In this document: positions 35,240-47,386 of the stretch, piece by piece | How positions within the stretch are numbered: the first letter of the stretch is position 1 | Layout of the letters: each line of letters opens with the position of its first letter | NCBI GenBank assembly: GCA_013334925.1 | Contig: JAAXWP010000003.1 | Location: 32,771-96,770 of the forward strand | Length of the DNA stretch: 64,000 bases | Source of the DNA: Chlorobiaceae bacterium | GTDB taxonomy: Bacteria; Bacteroidota; Chlorobiia; Chlorobiales; Chlorobiaceae | Direction: 5' to 3' | Notes under the pieces: model-generated | Database searches by the model: none | Told to the model about the DNA's origin: nothing | What the model saw: the letters and a program-made list of their open reading frames with translations, nothing else | Program-made: the position numbers and the translations under genes

Positions 35240-36682
35240 TCAATTCATTGCTTCCAACAAAGGGTAAACGTTGTTAAACAGTGCGAATATGTCATGAGGA
35301 GCAATTGAAAAAGTCGGATTATGAACCAACTGGTTCATTGAAGTTACTGATAGCAATCCCGTTGCTTTTGAAAGCTCAGAATTTGCACCATGCAAGACTT
35401 TTACCATTCCTGTATTTGCATTATTGCTTGTAAGAAAAAGAGTCACCGCGTTAAGTTGTTGCCTCAAATTATTATCAGCTTTCCCGTTCGCCTGCTTCTT
35501 AGAGATATCATTCTCATCAGAATATATATTTGCTGAAATCTCAAACATACTTCTGAGGATGAAGCAAAAGGCTATTGGATTATTTATAACCTTTAACTTC
35601 CTCAATTCATCCCTTAAAGTTACAATTTTTTGTCTGTTATTTCCTTTTGGAATAAAATTTTTTAGAGTTTGAGTGACGTATTTCTGGTCATGTATTGCAT
35701 ATGCTTTTGGCTTTTGCGTGCTCTGACTTACTGTTTGGCCTGTCGAACCAGAGGTAATCGAACCTTGAGCTGGAGCAGTGCCCTGTACGCCATTATTTGA
35801 TGTATTGCTGTTTTGGACTGCGGGATTATTACACGTAGACGCAGTTACGCTCCCTCCTATACTAGTACTTGTAGTGCCTGTTGTCGCAGACGAAAGAACC
35901 GGAATATTGTAATCTGCAGCGAAATCAGTGGATGCGTCACGTATTTCTTTAAATCCAAAAACTTGTAATCCAATATCTCTTAATATGTCCTCTAAATCTG
36001 TGCGTCGGATTATCCCCGGATAAGCTTTGACGAGCTCAGATATTGAACCATATCCCATCCTGGTAACTATAGCTCTTAATGCTTCATCAAGTACAGTTAT
36101 GGGATAATCACCACTCCACCTTTCTTTTTGTTGTACTGTTAGATTATTTCCATTTTGTATATATTTTTCCAATAAATCAAGCGCTGGCTCTGAACCTTTT
36201 TTTTCATTTCTATTTTGGCGAGCCTTAGCAACAGATGTCCAAGGATCTCTACTTGCTTTTTCGCCCTTAGCATGAGTCAAATTAACAATCTTATCAACTA
36301 TACTCTTCTCTCCTATACTATAAACACTGCACGGAACCCTCAAATTTTCATCCTTCCAATTTTTATCCAAGGAGTTAATCCTATTCTTGACATTGTCAGG
36401 TATATTGAAGTTATCAACAGGATATATACCGTGTATAAGCTTTAATGCTGCTGCTCGTCGATTCCCCTCTTTGACAGTATACCCATCATCGCTCAAAATA
36501 ATCAAGTTTTCAGTCGGCAAATACCCGTCATCAATTATACTTTCAATCACAGCATAGAACCTATCCGGCTTTATAGCTATCATAGCATTAATAGCATCTT
36601 CCTCTGTCTTCTGCGGTATTGTCCGATAATTATTAAGATCAAGTTTAATATCCTTAATCTGGAGGAAATTATTGTTCGGCAT
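35240..36682 (-). CDS. ParB/Srx-fold N-terminal domain protein with a low-complexity linker and an unassigned C-terminal domain (480 aa)
   Basis: aa 10-85 read IKLDLNNYRTIPQ...IESIIDDGYLPTENLIILSDDGYTVKEGNRRAAALKLIHG, a ParB N-terminal domain pattern with GxRR. aa ~264-323 are S/T/G/N/Q-rich. aa ~325-480 are helical and of unknown family. The coding call is confident; the function is not. Confidence 0.8.
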   Translation of the reverse strand: MPNNNFLQIKDIKLDLNNYRTIPQKTEEDAINAMIAIKPDRFYAVIESIIDDGYLPTENLIILSDDGYTVKEGNRRAAALKLIHGIYPVDNFNIPDNVKNRINSLDKNWKDENLRVPCSVYSIGEKSIVDKIVNLTHAKGEKASRDPWTSVAKARQNRNEKKGSEPALDLLEKYIQNGNNLTVQQKERWSGDYPITVLDEALRAIVTRMGYGSISELVKAYPGIIRRTDLEDILRDIGLQVFGFKEIRDASTDFAADYNIPVLSSATTGTTSTSIGGSVTASTCNNPAVQNSNTSNNGVQGTAPAQGSITSGSTGQTVSQSTQKPKAYAIHDQKYVTQTLKNFIPKGNNRQKIVTLRDELRKLKVINNPIAFCFILRSMFEISANIYSDENDISKKQANGKADNNLRQQLNAVTLFLTSNNANTGMVKVLHGANSELSKATGLLSVTSMNQLVHNPTFSIAPHDIFALFNNVYPLLEAMN

Positions 36683-37084
36683 GATTATTGTTTTCGTTTT
36701 TTATTCACTCAAAACATACTCAACCACATTTTTTCATTCTCCCATATCAGAAGACTATACGCAACACAGTTACGAACTTTCTTTAGCCTGCGAATCGCCA
36801 CCATGCCGCTTCAGAATAGTTTACCAAAACGACAATAGGCCCCTCCAGCCTACTTAAGGAAATTCCAGTATTTACGATAGAGACTCAAGTGCACACACTT
36901 ACTTACAAAACTCATCCTTATAAAAGGCTTGTGGATCACATTTCCTATAAGACAAATAAGATTATGCCGTTATTCCATCAAACACAATTACTTAAAGTAA
37001 TAAATTCGCAAAATCATATCAAGCAGATAAGCAGTGTGCTTAATGAACAGGCATCCGATTCTTTGTATCCAGCTATACGGTTGC

Positions 37085-37149
37085 TTGCATAACTCCAATT
37101 ATGTAAACCTTTAGGTTCCGAAGGCCCGTACATAATTTAAGTTATGCAA
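37085..37149. repeat. 65-nt imperfect palindrome in the AT-rich island
   Basis: Arms TTGCATAACTCCAATTATGTA (37085-37105) and TACATAATTTAAGTTATGCAA (37129-37149) match at 19/21 positions. The 23-nt loop has its own CCTT/AAGG stem. No T-run follows on either strand. Confidence 0.7.
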
Positions 37150-37608
37150 CGACCACTGACAACACGCCAAATGTACTGATAGTGCAAGATAGTAAAATCA
37201 CCCAAAGCGTTGACTGAAGGCGCAGCTTTTGCACCACAAAACGCAGCGAAGCGGAGTGTAAGCTGTGACTGAAAGAGAAAGCTAGGGGGTATGACTTCAA
37301 ATGAACTGATGAGCTGACTAGCTATTCTGCATGGTAGCAAGTAATCCGATGAGCAATCACTGCTGAGGCTTGAACACAAGCCGAATGCCATGACTTCAAA
37401 AAAAACATGCCCTTAAAACGTTTTGGCTGTCAAATACGGCCCCTGACTACCAATTGAGGAAATTCTTCGAGGAAATTCTCCGGGACGTTGTTGAATAACG
37501 CAAACAGCATAAAACAGAAACTCGTCGAGCATTCATTCAGTATAAAAAAACGAGACTTATGTTGCTAAATCCCTTTGAACGAGAGCAAGCAAGCGTTTGC
37601 AACCCATC

Positions 37609-39045
37609 CTATTTACCGATGCAGAATTTGGCGAAGATGGTGTTGAGGATCTCTTCGTTGACGACTTTGCCGGTGATTTCACCTACGTAGTCGAGGGCTG
37701 ATCGGAGCTCGAAGGCTATGAGTTCGGTGTCGGCGTGGTGGTCGATGAGTTCGCGGGCATTTTCAAGGGCGTCTGCGGCGTTGCGCAGGGCCTCGTAGTG
37801 GCGGAGGCTGGTGACGAGCACACTGGCCTCGTGCAGCTTGTCGAGATCCTTGACGAGTTCGGACATGCGCTGCAGGAGCGCTTCGACACCACGGCCATCA
37901 CGTGCTGAAATGCCGATCACTTCAGCTCCGGCTTCGCTGGAGACCTTCTGCATGACCTCGTCGGACGATGAAAGCAGGTCGACCTTGTTGGCGACGACGA
38001 GGAAGCGTACCTCGGGATGCGCTGCCCTGACGGCCCTGATGTCAGCAATCTCTTCGTCGAGCCGTTCGGTACCGGCATCGAAGAGGTAGAGCATGAGGTC
38101 GGCCTCGGCCATCTTCATGCGGCTGCGGCGGATGCCTTCGTGCTCGATCTCCTCACCGGCTTCACGCAGGCCGGCCGTATCGGTGAGGCGGAACATGGTC
38201 TTGTCGTGAATGAAGCACTCTTCAATATAGTCGCGGGTCGTGCCCGGCATGTGGCTGACGATGGCGCGTTCCTGGCCGAGCAGGGTGTTGAGCAGGGTCG
38301 ATTTGCCGGCGTTCGGCCGTCCGGCGATGACCGTCGCAACCCCTTCGCTGAGCAGTCGCCCATGCTGGTAGGAGTCGACGAGCCTGCCGACTTCGCGCCG
38401 AAGGTCATCGACCTGCCGGGTGAGCTCTTCGCGGCTCTGGAATTCGACCTCCTCTTCGCTGAAATCGAGTTCAAGTTCGAGCAGGGCGCAGGAGTGCAGC
38501 AGCCTTTCGCGTAGGGCGTTGAGCTTTTTCGAGAGGTCGCCTTTCATCTGGGTGACGGCTGTGCGCCATGCGGATTCCGAACGGGCATGGATCATCTCGC
38601 CGATCGCCTCGGCCTGCAACAGATCGATGCGACCGTTGAGGAAAGCGCGCCGGGTGAACTCGCCGGGTTCGGCAAGCCGGCAACCGTTGTCCAGCAGCAG
38701 TTGCAGCACGTGTTTGACCACGACCGGACCGCCGTGGCAGGTGAACTCGACCATGTCCTCGGCCGTAAAGGAGTGTGGCCCCCTGAAAACCAGCGCGATC
38801 ACTTCGTCGATCATCTCCTCGCCGTCATAAAGCCGCCCGAAATGAGCCAGGAAACCTGGAGAGGAAGCGAGTGCCTGCGCTTCCCCGTTCGCCTTCTGGA
38901 ACACCCTGTCGGCGATCTGGTGCGCACCGTTGCCGCTGATGCGGACCACGGCCAGCGCGCCAACGCCCACCGGCGTGGCTACGGCAGTTATGGGATCGCC
39001 CGGGATGGGCAGGAGAAGATCGGTTCCGGACATACTGCTTTTCAT
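37609..39045 (-). CDS. mnmE: tRNA modification GTPase MnmE (TrmE)
   Basis: G-domain GRPNAGKSTLLN...DTAG, an N-terminal THF-binding domain, and the C-terminal FCIGK motif. Confidence 0.95.
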   Translation of the reverse strand: MKSSMSGTDLLLPIPGDPITAVATPVGVGALAVVRISGNGAHQIADRVFQKANGEAQALASSPGFLAHFGRLYDGEEMIDEVIALVFRGPHSFTAEDMVEFTCHGGPVVVKHVLQLLLDNGCRLAEPGEFTRRAFLNGRIDLLQAEAIGEMIHARSESAWRTAVTQMKGDLSKKLNALRERLLHSCALLELELDFSEEEVEFQSREELTRQVDDLRREVGRLVDSYQHGRLLSEGVATVIAGRPNAGKSTLLNTLLGQERAIVSHMPGTTRDYIEECFIHDKTMFRLTDTAGLREAGEEIEHEGIRRSRMKMAEADLMLYLFDAGTERLDEEIADIRAVRAAHPEVRFLVVANKVDLLSSSDEVMQKVSSEAGAEVIGISARDGRGVEALLQRMSELVKDLDKLHEASVLVTSLRHYEALRNAADALENARELIDHHADTELIAFELRSALDYVGEITGKVVNEEILNTIFAKFCIGK

Positions 39046-39049
39046 TCGG

Positions 39050-39733
39050 TTAGAGGGGACGTACGGTCACCTGGTCTGGGAGCATGCCGTCGGGCAGCTC
39101 GACAAGGGACACGATCAACCGGGCGACTTCGTCCGGCTGCATATATTTTTTCGGCTGGAGGCCGGCATGGTCGAAAAATCCGGTCATGACCGATCCCGGA
39201 TTGACGCAGGATACGCGGATACCGTACTCGCGCAGCTCCTCCATGATCGACTCCGAGAATCCGTTGATGGCGAACTTCGATGCGCAGTAGGCGCTTCCGC
39301 CCTTGAACCCGCGCTTGCCTGCGACCGAACCGACGTTGACGATCATGCCGCTGCGCCGGGCTTTCATCGATGGTACGACCTGCCTGGTGCAGAGAAACGC
39401 CGCCGTCAGGTTGGTGTCGATCAGCCTTCGCCAGTCGACGGGTTCGATCGTCTCGACATCCATGAAAAATCCGAATCCCGCATTGTTGACAAGCAGATCG
39501 ACCTGTTCATGTCGGCCGAGAACCGTTCCGAACGCCTGTTCGATCTCCATCTCCACCATCACATCGGTACGAATCCACTCGAACCGCTCATGCTCGATCG
39601 GGGTGGCACTGCGGCTCAATCCGTAGACCCTGGCACCTTTCGAAATCAATGCACTGCAGACGGAGAGCCCGATCCCCGAGCTCGATCCGGTCACTACGGC
39701 AACTTTCCCTGCGAGTTCCATGTTGCGCTCCAT
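39050..39733 (-). CDS. short-chain dehydrogenase/reductase (classical SDR)
   Basis: GKVAVVTGSSSGIGLSV (TGxxxGIG), NNAG, and the catalytic YCASK. Confidence 0.9.
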   Translation of the reverse strand: MERNMELAGKVAVVTGSSSGIGLSVCSALISKGARVYGLSRSATPIEHERFEWIRTDVMVEMEIEQAFGTVLGRHEQVDLLVNNAGFGFFMDVETIEPVDWRRLIDTNLTAAFLCTRQVVPSMKARRSGMIVNVGSVAGKRGFKGGSAYCASKFAINGFSESIMEELREYGIRVSCVNPGSVMTGFFDHAGLQPKKYMQPDEVARLIVSLVELPDGMLPDQVTVRPL

Positions 39734-39802
39734 TGCGGGTTCCTGTTCATCCCTGACTGTTCAAAGTAAGGAATCTCACCGCTAAATAGTAACTTTGGAG
39801 CA

Positions 39803-40648
39803 ATGCAACAAGCTGACGAAAACCGACCCATGAAGCCAGAAGTGACCCCCTCGATAGCGGCCCTCAAAGAGGCCGTCGTGAACCACAACGCCACCACTCC
39901 AGCCGAGCATTTCGACCGGGTCGTGAACCTGGTCCGGGTGCTGCGCGCCGAATGCCCGTGGGACCGGAAACAGACTCCCGAGTCACTCGCCCACCTGCTG
40001 CTCGAGGAGAGCTACGAGCTGGTGCACGCCATCGACGAGCACGACGACCAGGAGCTCCGGAAGGAGATCGGCGACCTTTTCCTGCACCTCTGCTTCCAGG
40101 TGCTGCTGGCTGACGAGGCCGGCAAGTTCTCGTTCGTCGAGGTCTTCGAAGCGCTCTGCCACAAGCTCATCACCCGTCACCCGCATGTGTTCGCCGACAC
40201 GAAGGCCGATACCGAGCAGGAGGTGATCGGCAACTGGGAAAACCTGAAGATGAAGGAGGGGCGAAAGAGCCTGCTCGACGGGGTGCCAAAGGCGATGTCC
40301 GAACTGCTCCGGGCCTACCGGGTGCAGAAGAAGGTCTCCGGTGTCGGTTTCGACTGGCCGAACGAAAAGGGCGTGCTCGACAAGCTCGTCGAGGAGATCG
40401 GTGAGCTCCGGAATGCGAAAGACAAACAGGAGCGCGAGGAGGAGTTCGGCGACCTGCTCTTCACCATCGTGAACTACAGCCGCTTCATCGACGCGAACCC
40501 GGAAGACTCGCTGCGCAAGTCCACCAACAAGTTCATGTCAAGGTTCAGGAAAGTCGAGGAGATGGTGCTGGCTTCGGGCCGAAACTGGCAGGAGTACTCC
40601 GCAGAAGAGCTCGACGCGCTCTGGAACCGGGCGAAAGAGACTGGATAA
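39803..40648 (+). CDS. mazG: nucleoside triphosphate pyrophosphohydrolase MazG
   Basis: Tandem MazG domains with LLEESYELVHAIDE...EIGDLFLHL and a second EEFGDLLFTIVN block. Confidence 0.9.
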   Translation: MQQADENRPMKPEVTPSIAALKEAVVNHNATTPAEHFDRVVNLVRVLRAECPWDRKQTPESLAHLLLEESYELVHAIDEHDDQELRKEIGDLFLHLCFQVLLADEAGKFSFVEVFEALCHKLITRHPHVFADTKADTEQEVIGNWENLKMKEGRKSLLDGVPKAMSELLRAYRVQKKVSGVGFDWPNEKGVLDKLVEEIGELRNAKDKQEREEEFGDLLFTIVNYSRFIDANPEDSLRKSTNKFMSRFRKVEEMVLASGRNWQEYSAEELDALWNRAKETG

Positions 40649-40656
40649 ACGTCCAA

Positions 40657-40890
40657 TCAGGCCAGACTGCCACTGCGCAGTTCAATGGCCAGATCACGAA
40701 GCGGAATCGCTTCCAGACGTTCGGAAATCCGGTACCGATCGTTACCAGGATAGACGATGAACGATTTTGCGGGCTCAAGATCCATACAAGCCTGATGGAG
40801 CTGCTGCTCGATCTCTGCTGTAAGAATTCGTTGGATCATGTTTGCAAGTTCGGAATCACACTCCGAATTTGCAAGGATAAAACCAAACAA
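40657..40890 (-). pseudogene. possible C-terminal remnant of a DUF4143-type AAA+ ATPase gene
   Basis: 77-aa ORF ending ...KSFIVYPGNDRYRISERLEAIPLRDL.... This resembles the tail of COG1373-type ATPases such as 62352..63542 (...KKVLLVGNSGIPWQEFMQIDPLELF). The call is weak. Confidence 0.3.
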
Positions 40891-40904
40891 TCAACCAGGA
40901 CCAG

Positions 40905-41618
40905 TCACCCGAGAGCAGACAGAAACCCTCCTGCGGCAGCGAAATAATCGGCCGTCGGCAGATGCCCTCCACGATAGATAAACGTCCCGCCATCCACTCC
41001 GGCATTGCTCAGTTTCTGGCGATCGGCTTCGAAACGCTCCTGCGTATAGAGGCGGTCCCGGTCACCCCTTGCCAGGTGCACCTTCCGCATCGGATCGAGC
41101 CATTCGAGATCGGGAGGCACATCGCCGCCAAGCAGCATGACCCCCGACACCCGGTGACAGCCGAGCACCGCCGCACGGCAGGCCATGCCGGCCCCCTGTG
41201 AAAACCCGTGCAGCACGAGCGTTCCCACCGGATATTCCCTCCCGATCCGATCGAGCACGGCATCGACATAAGCAACGTTCTCGGCGATCCGCCGCTCGCG
41301 GTCGCGACGGGTCATCCAACTGAAACCCGGTTCGCCCTTTGCATTGATGAACGGATGCAGCGCCTCGATGGCACATCTCACCCACCCTTCGGCACCGGGG
41401 ATGCGGTTGAGCAGTGCGAGTTCATCCTCGGCTGTCTGGCCGTAGCCGTGGAACCCGGCGAGCAGCGGCCATGGGCCGTCGCCCTTCGGCACGTCGACGA
41501 GGTAACGTCCGCTGACACGGATCTCAAGGTACTGTTCCTGCATGGTGAGTTGATAATAACGGCAAGAGAGAGGCTCGCACCAGCCGCTCCCGTTGACAGG
41601 AGCGGCTCGGTACGGCAT
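40905..41618 (-). CDS. alpha/beta hydrolase (phospholipase/carboxylesterase-like)
   Basis: Nucleophile elbow LHGFSQGAGMA. The start is uncertain (41618, or the internal ATG at 41543). Confidence 0.75.
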   Translation of the reverse strand: MPYRAAPVNGSGWCEPLSCRYYQLTMQEQYLEIRVSGRYLVDVPKGDGPWPLLAGFHGYGQTAEDELALLNRIPGAEGWVRCAIEALHPFINAKGEPGFSWMTRRDRERRIAENVAYVDAVLDRIGREYPVGTLVLHGFSQGAGMACRAAVLGCHRVSGVMLLGGDVPPDLEWLDPMRKVHLARGDRDRLYTQERFEADRQKLSNAGVDGGTFIYRGGHLPTADYFAAAGGFLSALG

Positions 41619-41625
41619 CGGTGTA

Positions 41626-44949
<3,324 letters not shown>

Positions 44950-44975
44950 GGGTGGTTATGGTGCGATACGTTTGA

Positions 44976-46991
44976 TTAAGATGGCAGTTTGACGCTGAAA
45001 ATGTGCACCGGCATGTGGTGCGGGTTCAATTCGATGAAGTTCCACTCGCCGTTCCAGGTAAAGCTGTTGCCGGAGAGCAGGTCCTCGACCATGAACTGCT
45101 GTGTGTGCGGCAGTCCGAAAAGCTCGAGCGGGAAACGCAGCCAGCCGCCCTGGGTATGGTGATCGTCGAGATTGACCACCGTCAGGATGACGTCACGACC
45201 ATCGTCAGAACGCTTGACGTAACCCATGAGCTGTTCATGCTCACGACCCTCGCCGGCGTCGATACGGACGAAGGTGATGTCGGCGGTCTGCTGCAGTGCC
45301 GGATGCTCCCTGCGTATGCGGTTCACGGCGGTGATCTCCGCACGGATGTTGCCGGGACGGTCGAGGTCCCAGCTCTTGATCTCGTACTTCTCCGAATCGA
45401 TATACTCCTCCTTGCCGTGCGCTACGGGAAGATGCTCGCACAGTTCGTAAGCAGGGCCGTACATGCCGTAGTTCGACGAAAGGGTGGCGGCGAGCGCCAT
45501 CCTGATGATGAACTTCGCGCGACTTCCGCTCTGCAGCTCTTCGTGCAGGATATCCGGCGTGTTCGGCCAGAAGTTCGGACGCATGAAGTCGCGGAGCTCC
45601 GTACGGGTCAGCTCGGTCAGGTACTGCTGCAGGTCGTGCTTGTTGTTACGCCAGGTGAAATAGCTGTAGGACTGGGTGTAGCCGGCCTTAGCAAGACGCG
45701 CCATGAGCTTCGGCCTCGTGAAGGCCTCGGCGAGGAACACCGTGTCGGGGTGAGCATCGCGAATCGTGCCGATCGCCCACTCCCAGAACGGAAAGGCCTT
45801 GGTGTGAGGATTGTCCACACGGAAGATCTTCACCCCCTTGCCGATCCAGAACAGGAACACGCCACGGAGCTCGGTCCAGAGATTCTGCCAGTCTTTGGTT
45901 TCGAAATCGATCGGCAGGATATCCTCGTAACGCTTCGGCGGATTCTCGGCGAACTGCACGGTGCCGTCGGGACGCCAGCGGAACCACTGCGGATGCTCCA
46001 GCACCCACGGGTGATCGGGCGAACACTGGAAGGCGATATCGAGCGCTACCGAAATGCCGTTAAGCTCCGCCTCCCGGACGAACGCCTCGAAATCCTCCAT
46101 GCTGCCCAGCTCGGGGTGAACCGCGGTATGGCCGCCATCGGCGCTGCCGATAGCCCAGCAGCTGCCGGGATCGTCGGGCGCGGCCACAAGCGAGTTGTTC
46201 CGGCCCTTGCGCTTCGTCTGGCCGATCGGGTGGATCGGCGGAAGGTAAACGACATCGAATCCCATCTGGGAAATCCTGGGAAGGATGGTCATGCAGTCAC
46301 GGAACGTGCCGTGCCTGCCGGGTTCGCTTCCCCAGGAACGTGGAAAGAATTCGTACCAGGTGCTGAATCCCGCTTTCCGCTGATCCACCTGCAACAGCAG
46401 CACCTTTTCGTACATGGTGGCGATCGACTTGTCCGGGCAGCGTTGCATGGCGGCGGTGAGCTCTTCGCCAAGCGCCGCATCGACTGCCGTTACGGGATCT
46501 CCGACCGTCAGGATGCCGACATGGTGGTGCAGGGTTCCTGCATCCTCACCCTTTGCTCTTGCAGCACCAAGCTCGACGATGGCGGCACCGATTTTGAGGT
46601 CGATGGCGACATCCTGCCCCGCATCGATCTTCTTTTTCAATCCCTTCTGCCAGGTGAGGAAGTGATCGACCCAGGCTCGGACCGTGTATTCATAACTGCC
46701 CGGCGCTCCGGTGATGAACGAGGCCGTCCAGAGGTCATTGCCAAGTGGTGACATCGAAACCGAAACCCAATCCTTTGCACCGCACGGGCGATACAGCAGC
46801 TCGGCTTCAACGGTATCGGCCCCGTCGGTGAAGATATCCGCCTCGACGATCATCCTTTCACCGGAGGCACGTTTTGCAGGAAAGCGCCCGCCGTCGATCT
46901 CAGGGGAGACCCTGTCGATGATGACCCGCCGGCGCCCGTCGAATGACAACTCCGATCGAAGAGGAGCTGGCTGGAAAAAGTCTGACTTCAT
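44976..46991 (-). CDS. glgE: alpha-1,4-glucan:maltose-1-phosphate maltosyltransferase GlgE
   Basis: The N-terminal VIIDRVSPEIDGGRFPAKRASGE..VEADIFTDG is the GlgE hallmark, followed by a GH13 catalytic domain. ATG at 46991 trims a Cys/Arg-rich leader (track start 47105). Confidence 0.9.
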   Translation of the reverse strand: MKSDFFQPAPLRSELSFDGRRRVIIDRVSPEIDGGRFPAKRASGERMIVEADIFTDGADTVEAELLYRPCGAKDWVSVSMSPLGNDLWTASFITGAPGSYEYTVRAWVDHFLTWQKGLKKKIDAGQDVAIDLKIGAAIVELGAARAKGEDAGTLHHHVGILTVGDPVTAVDAALGEELTAAMQRCPDKSIATMYEKVLLLQVDQRKAGFSTWYEFFPRSWGSEPGRHGTFRDCMTILPRISQMGFDVVYLPPIHPIGQTKRKGRNNSLVAAPDDPGSCWAIGSADGGHTAVHPELGSMEDFEAFVREAELNGISVALDIAFQCSPDHPWVLEHPQWFRWRPDGTVQFAENPPKRYEDILPIDFETKDWQNLWTELRGVFLFWIGKGVKIFRVDNPHTKAFPFWEWAIGTIRDAHPDTVFLAEAFTRPKLMARLAKAGYTQSYSYFTWRNNKHDLQQYLTELTRTELRDFMRPNFWPNTPDILHEELQSGSRAKFIIRMALAATLSSNYGMYGPAYELCEHLPVAHGKEEYIDSEKYEIKSWDLDRPGNIRAEITAVNRIRREHPALQQTADITFVRIDAGEGREHEQLMGYVKRSDDGRDVILTVVNLDDHHTQGGWLRFPLELFGLPHTQQFMVEDLLSGNSFTWNGEWNFIELNPHHMPVHIFSVKLPS

Positions 46992-47386
46992 AGATGATGT
47001 TTGGTGGTGCATGCAGGTTCGACAGCCATCGCCAGGGACAGGCAGTACCGGCCGTTTCCATAAACTGTAAAAATATGAAATCCGGCACTCTTTTTTCCGG
47101 CACAAGGCATCTTATTTCTCACCTTTATGAGCGCTGTACACGACCATCCATACTCCGGCAACAACTGACATCGGATAATACACTGGAAAAGGGCCGGTCA
47201 TTCTGAATGAAACAGCGTGGAACGAAGAGCCCATTTTATTGTATTGTCGTAACTTCCGGATTTTTATCCAGACCGGTCCAAATGAGCGCGGCAGTGACAC
47301 AGGCATGGCTGCATAAGGAAATTGATACGTTCGGTTGCCCCAGATCAATACTACGATACCGAACCGTCACCTGATCCCTCCGACGC

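Noticed and set aside
37306-37313. CUGAUGAG motif suggesting a hammerhead ribozyme in the island's non-coding DNA
   Set aside because: I could find no adjacent stem II closed by GAAA and no stem I/III arrangement with an NUH cleavage site. The 8-mer alone is not significant.
36672-37391. Small ORFs inside the island's non-coding flank (36672..36857 +, 36889..37092 +, 37137..37391 -)
   Set aside because: They have AT-driven, low-complexity or Cys/Ser/Leu-rich translations and no RBS or motif support. One spans the 65-nt palindrome. They are treated as non-coding.
33880-37608. Search for a tRNA gene, integrase or transposase marking the AT-rich island as a classical integrative element
   Set aside because: I found no cloverleaf-like sequence (no GTTCGAATC-type T-arm) and no ORF with recombinase motifs on either strand. 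The island is reported without a claimed mobility mechanism.
45003-46751. 582-aa plus-strand ORF spanning most of the glgE region
   Set aside because: It lies antisense to a gene with unmistakable GlgE/GH13 motifs. Its product is Arg/Gly/Val/Leu/His-rich with no motif. This is a typical shadow frame of a GC-rich gene.
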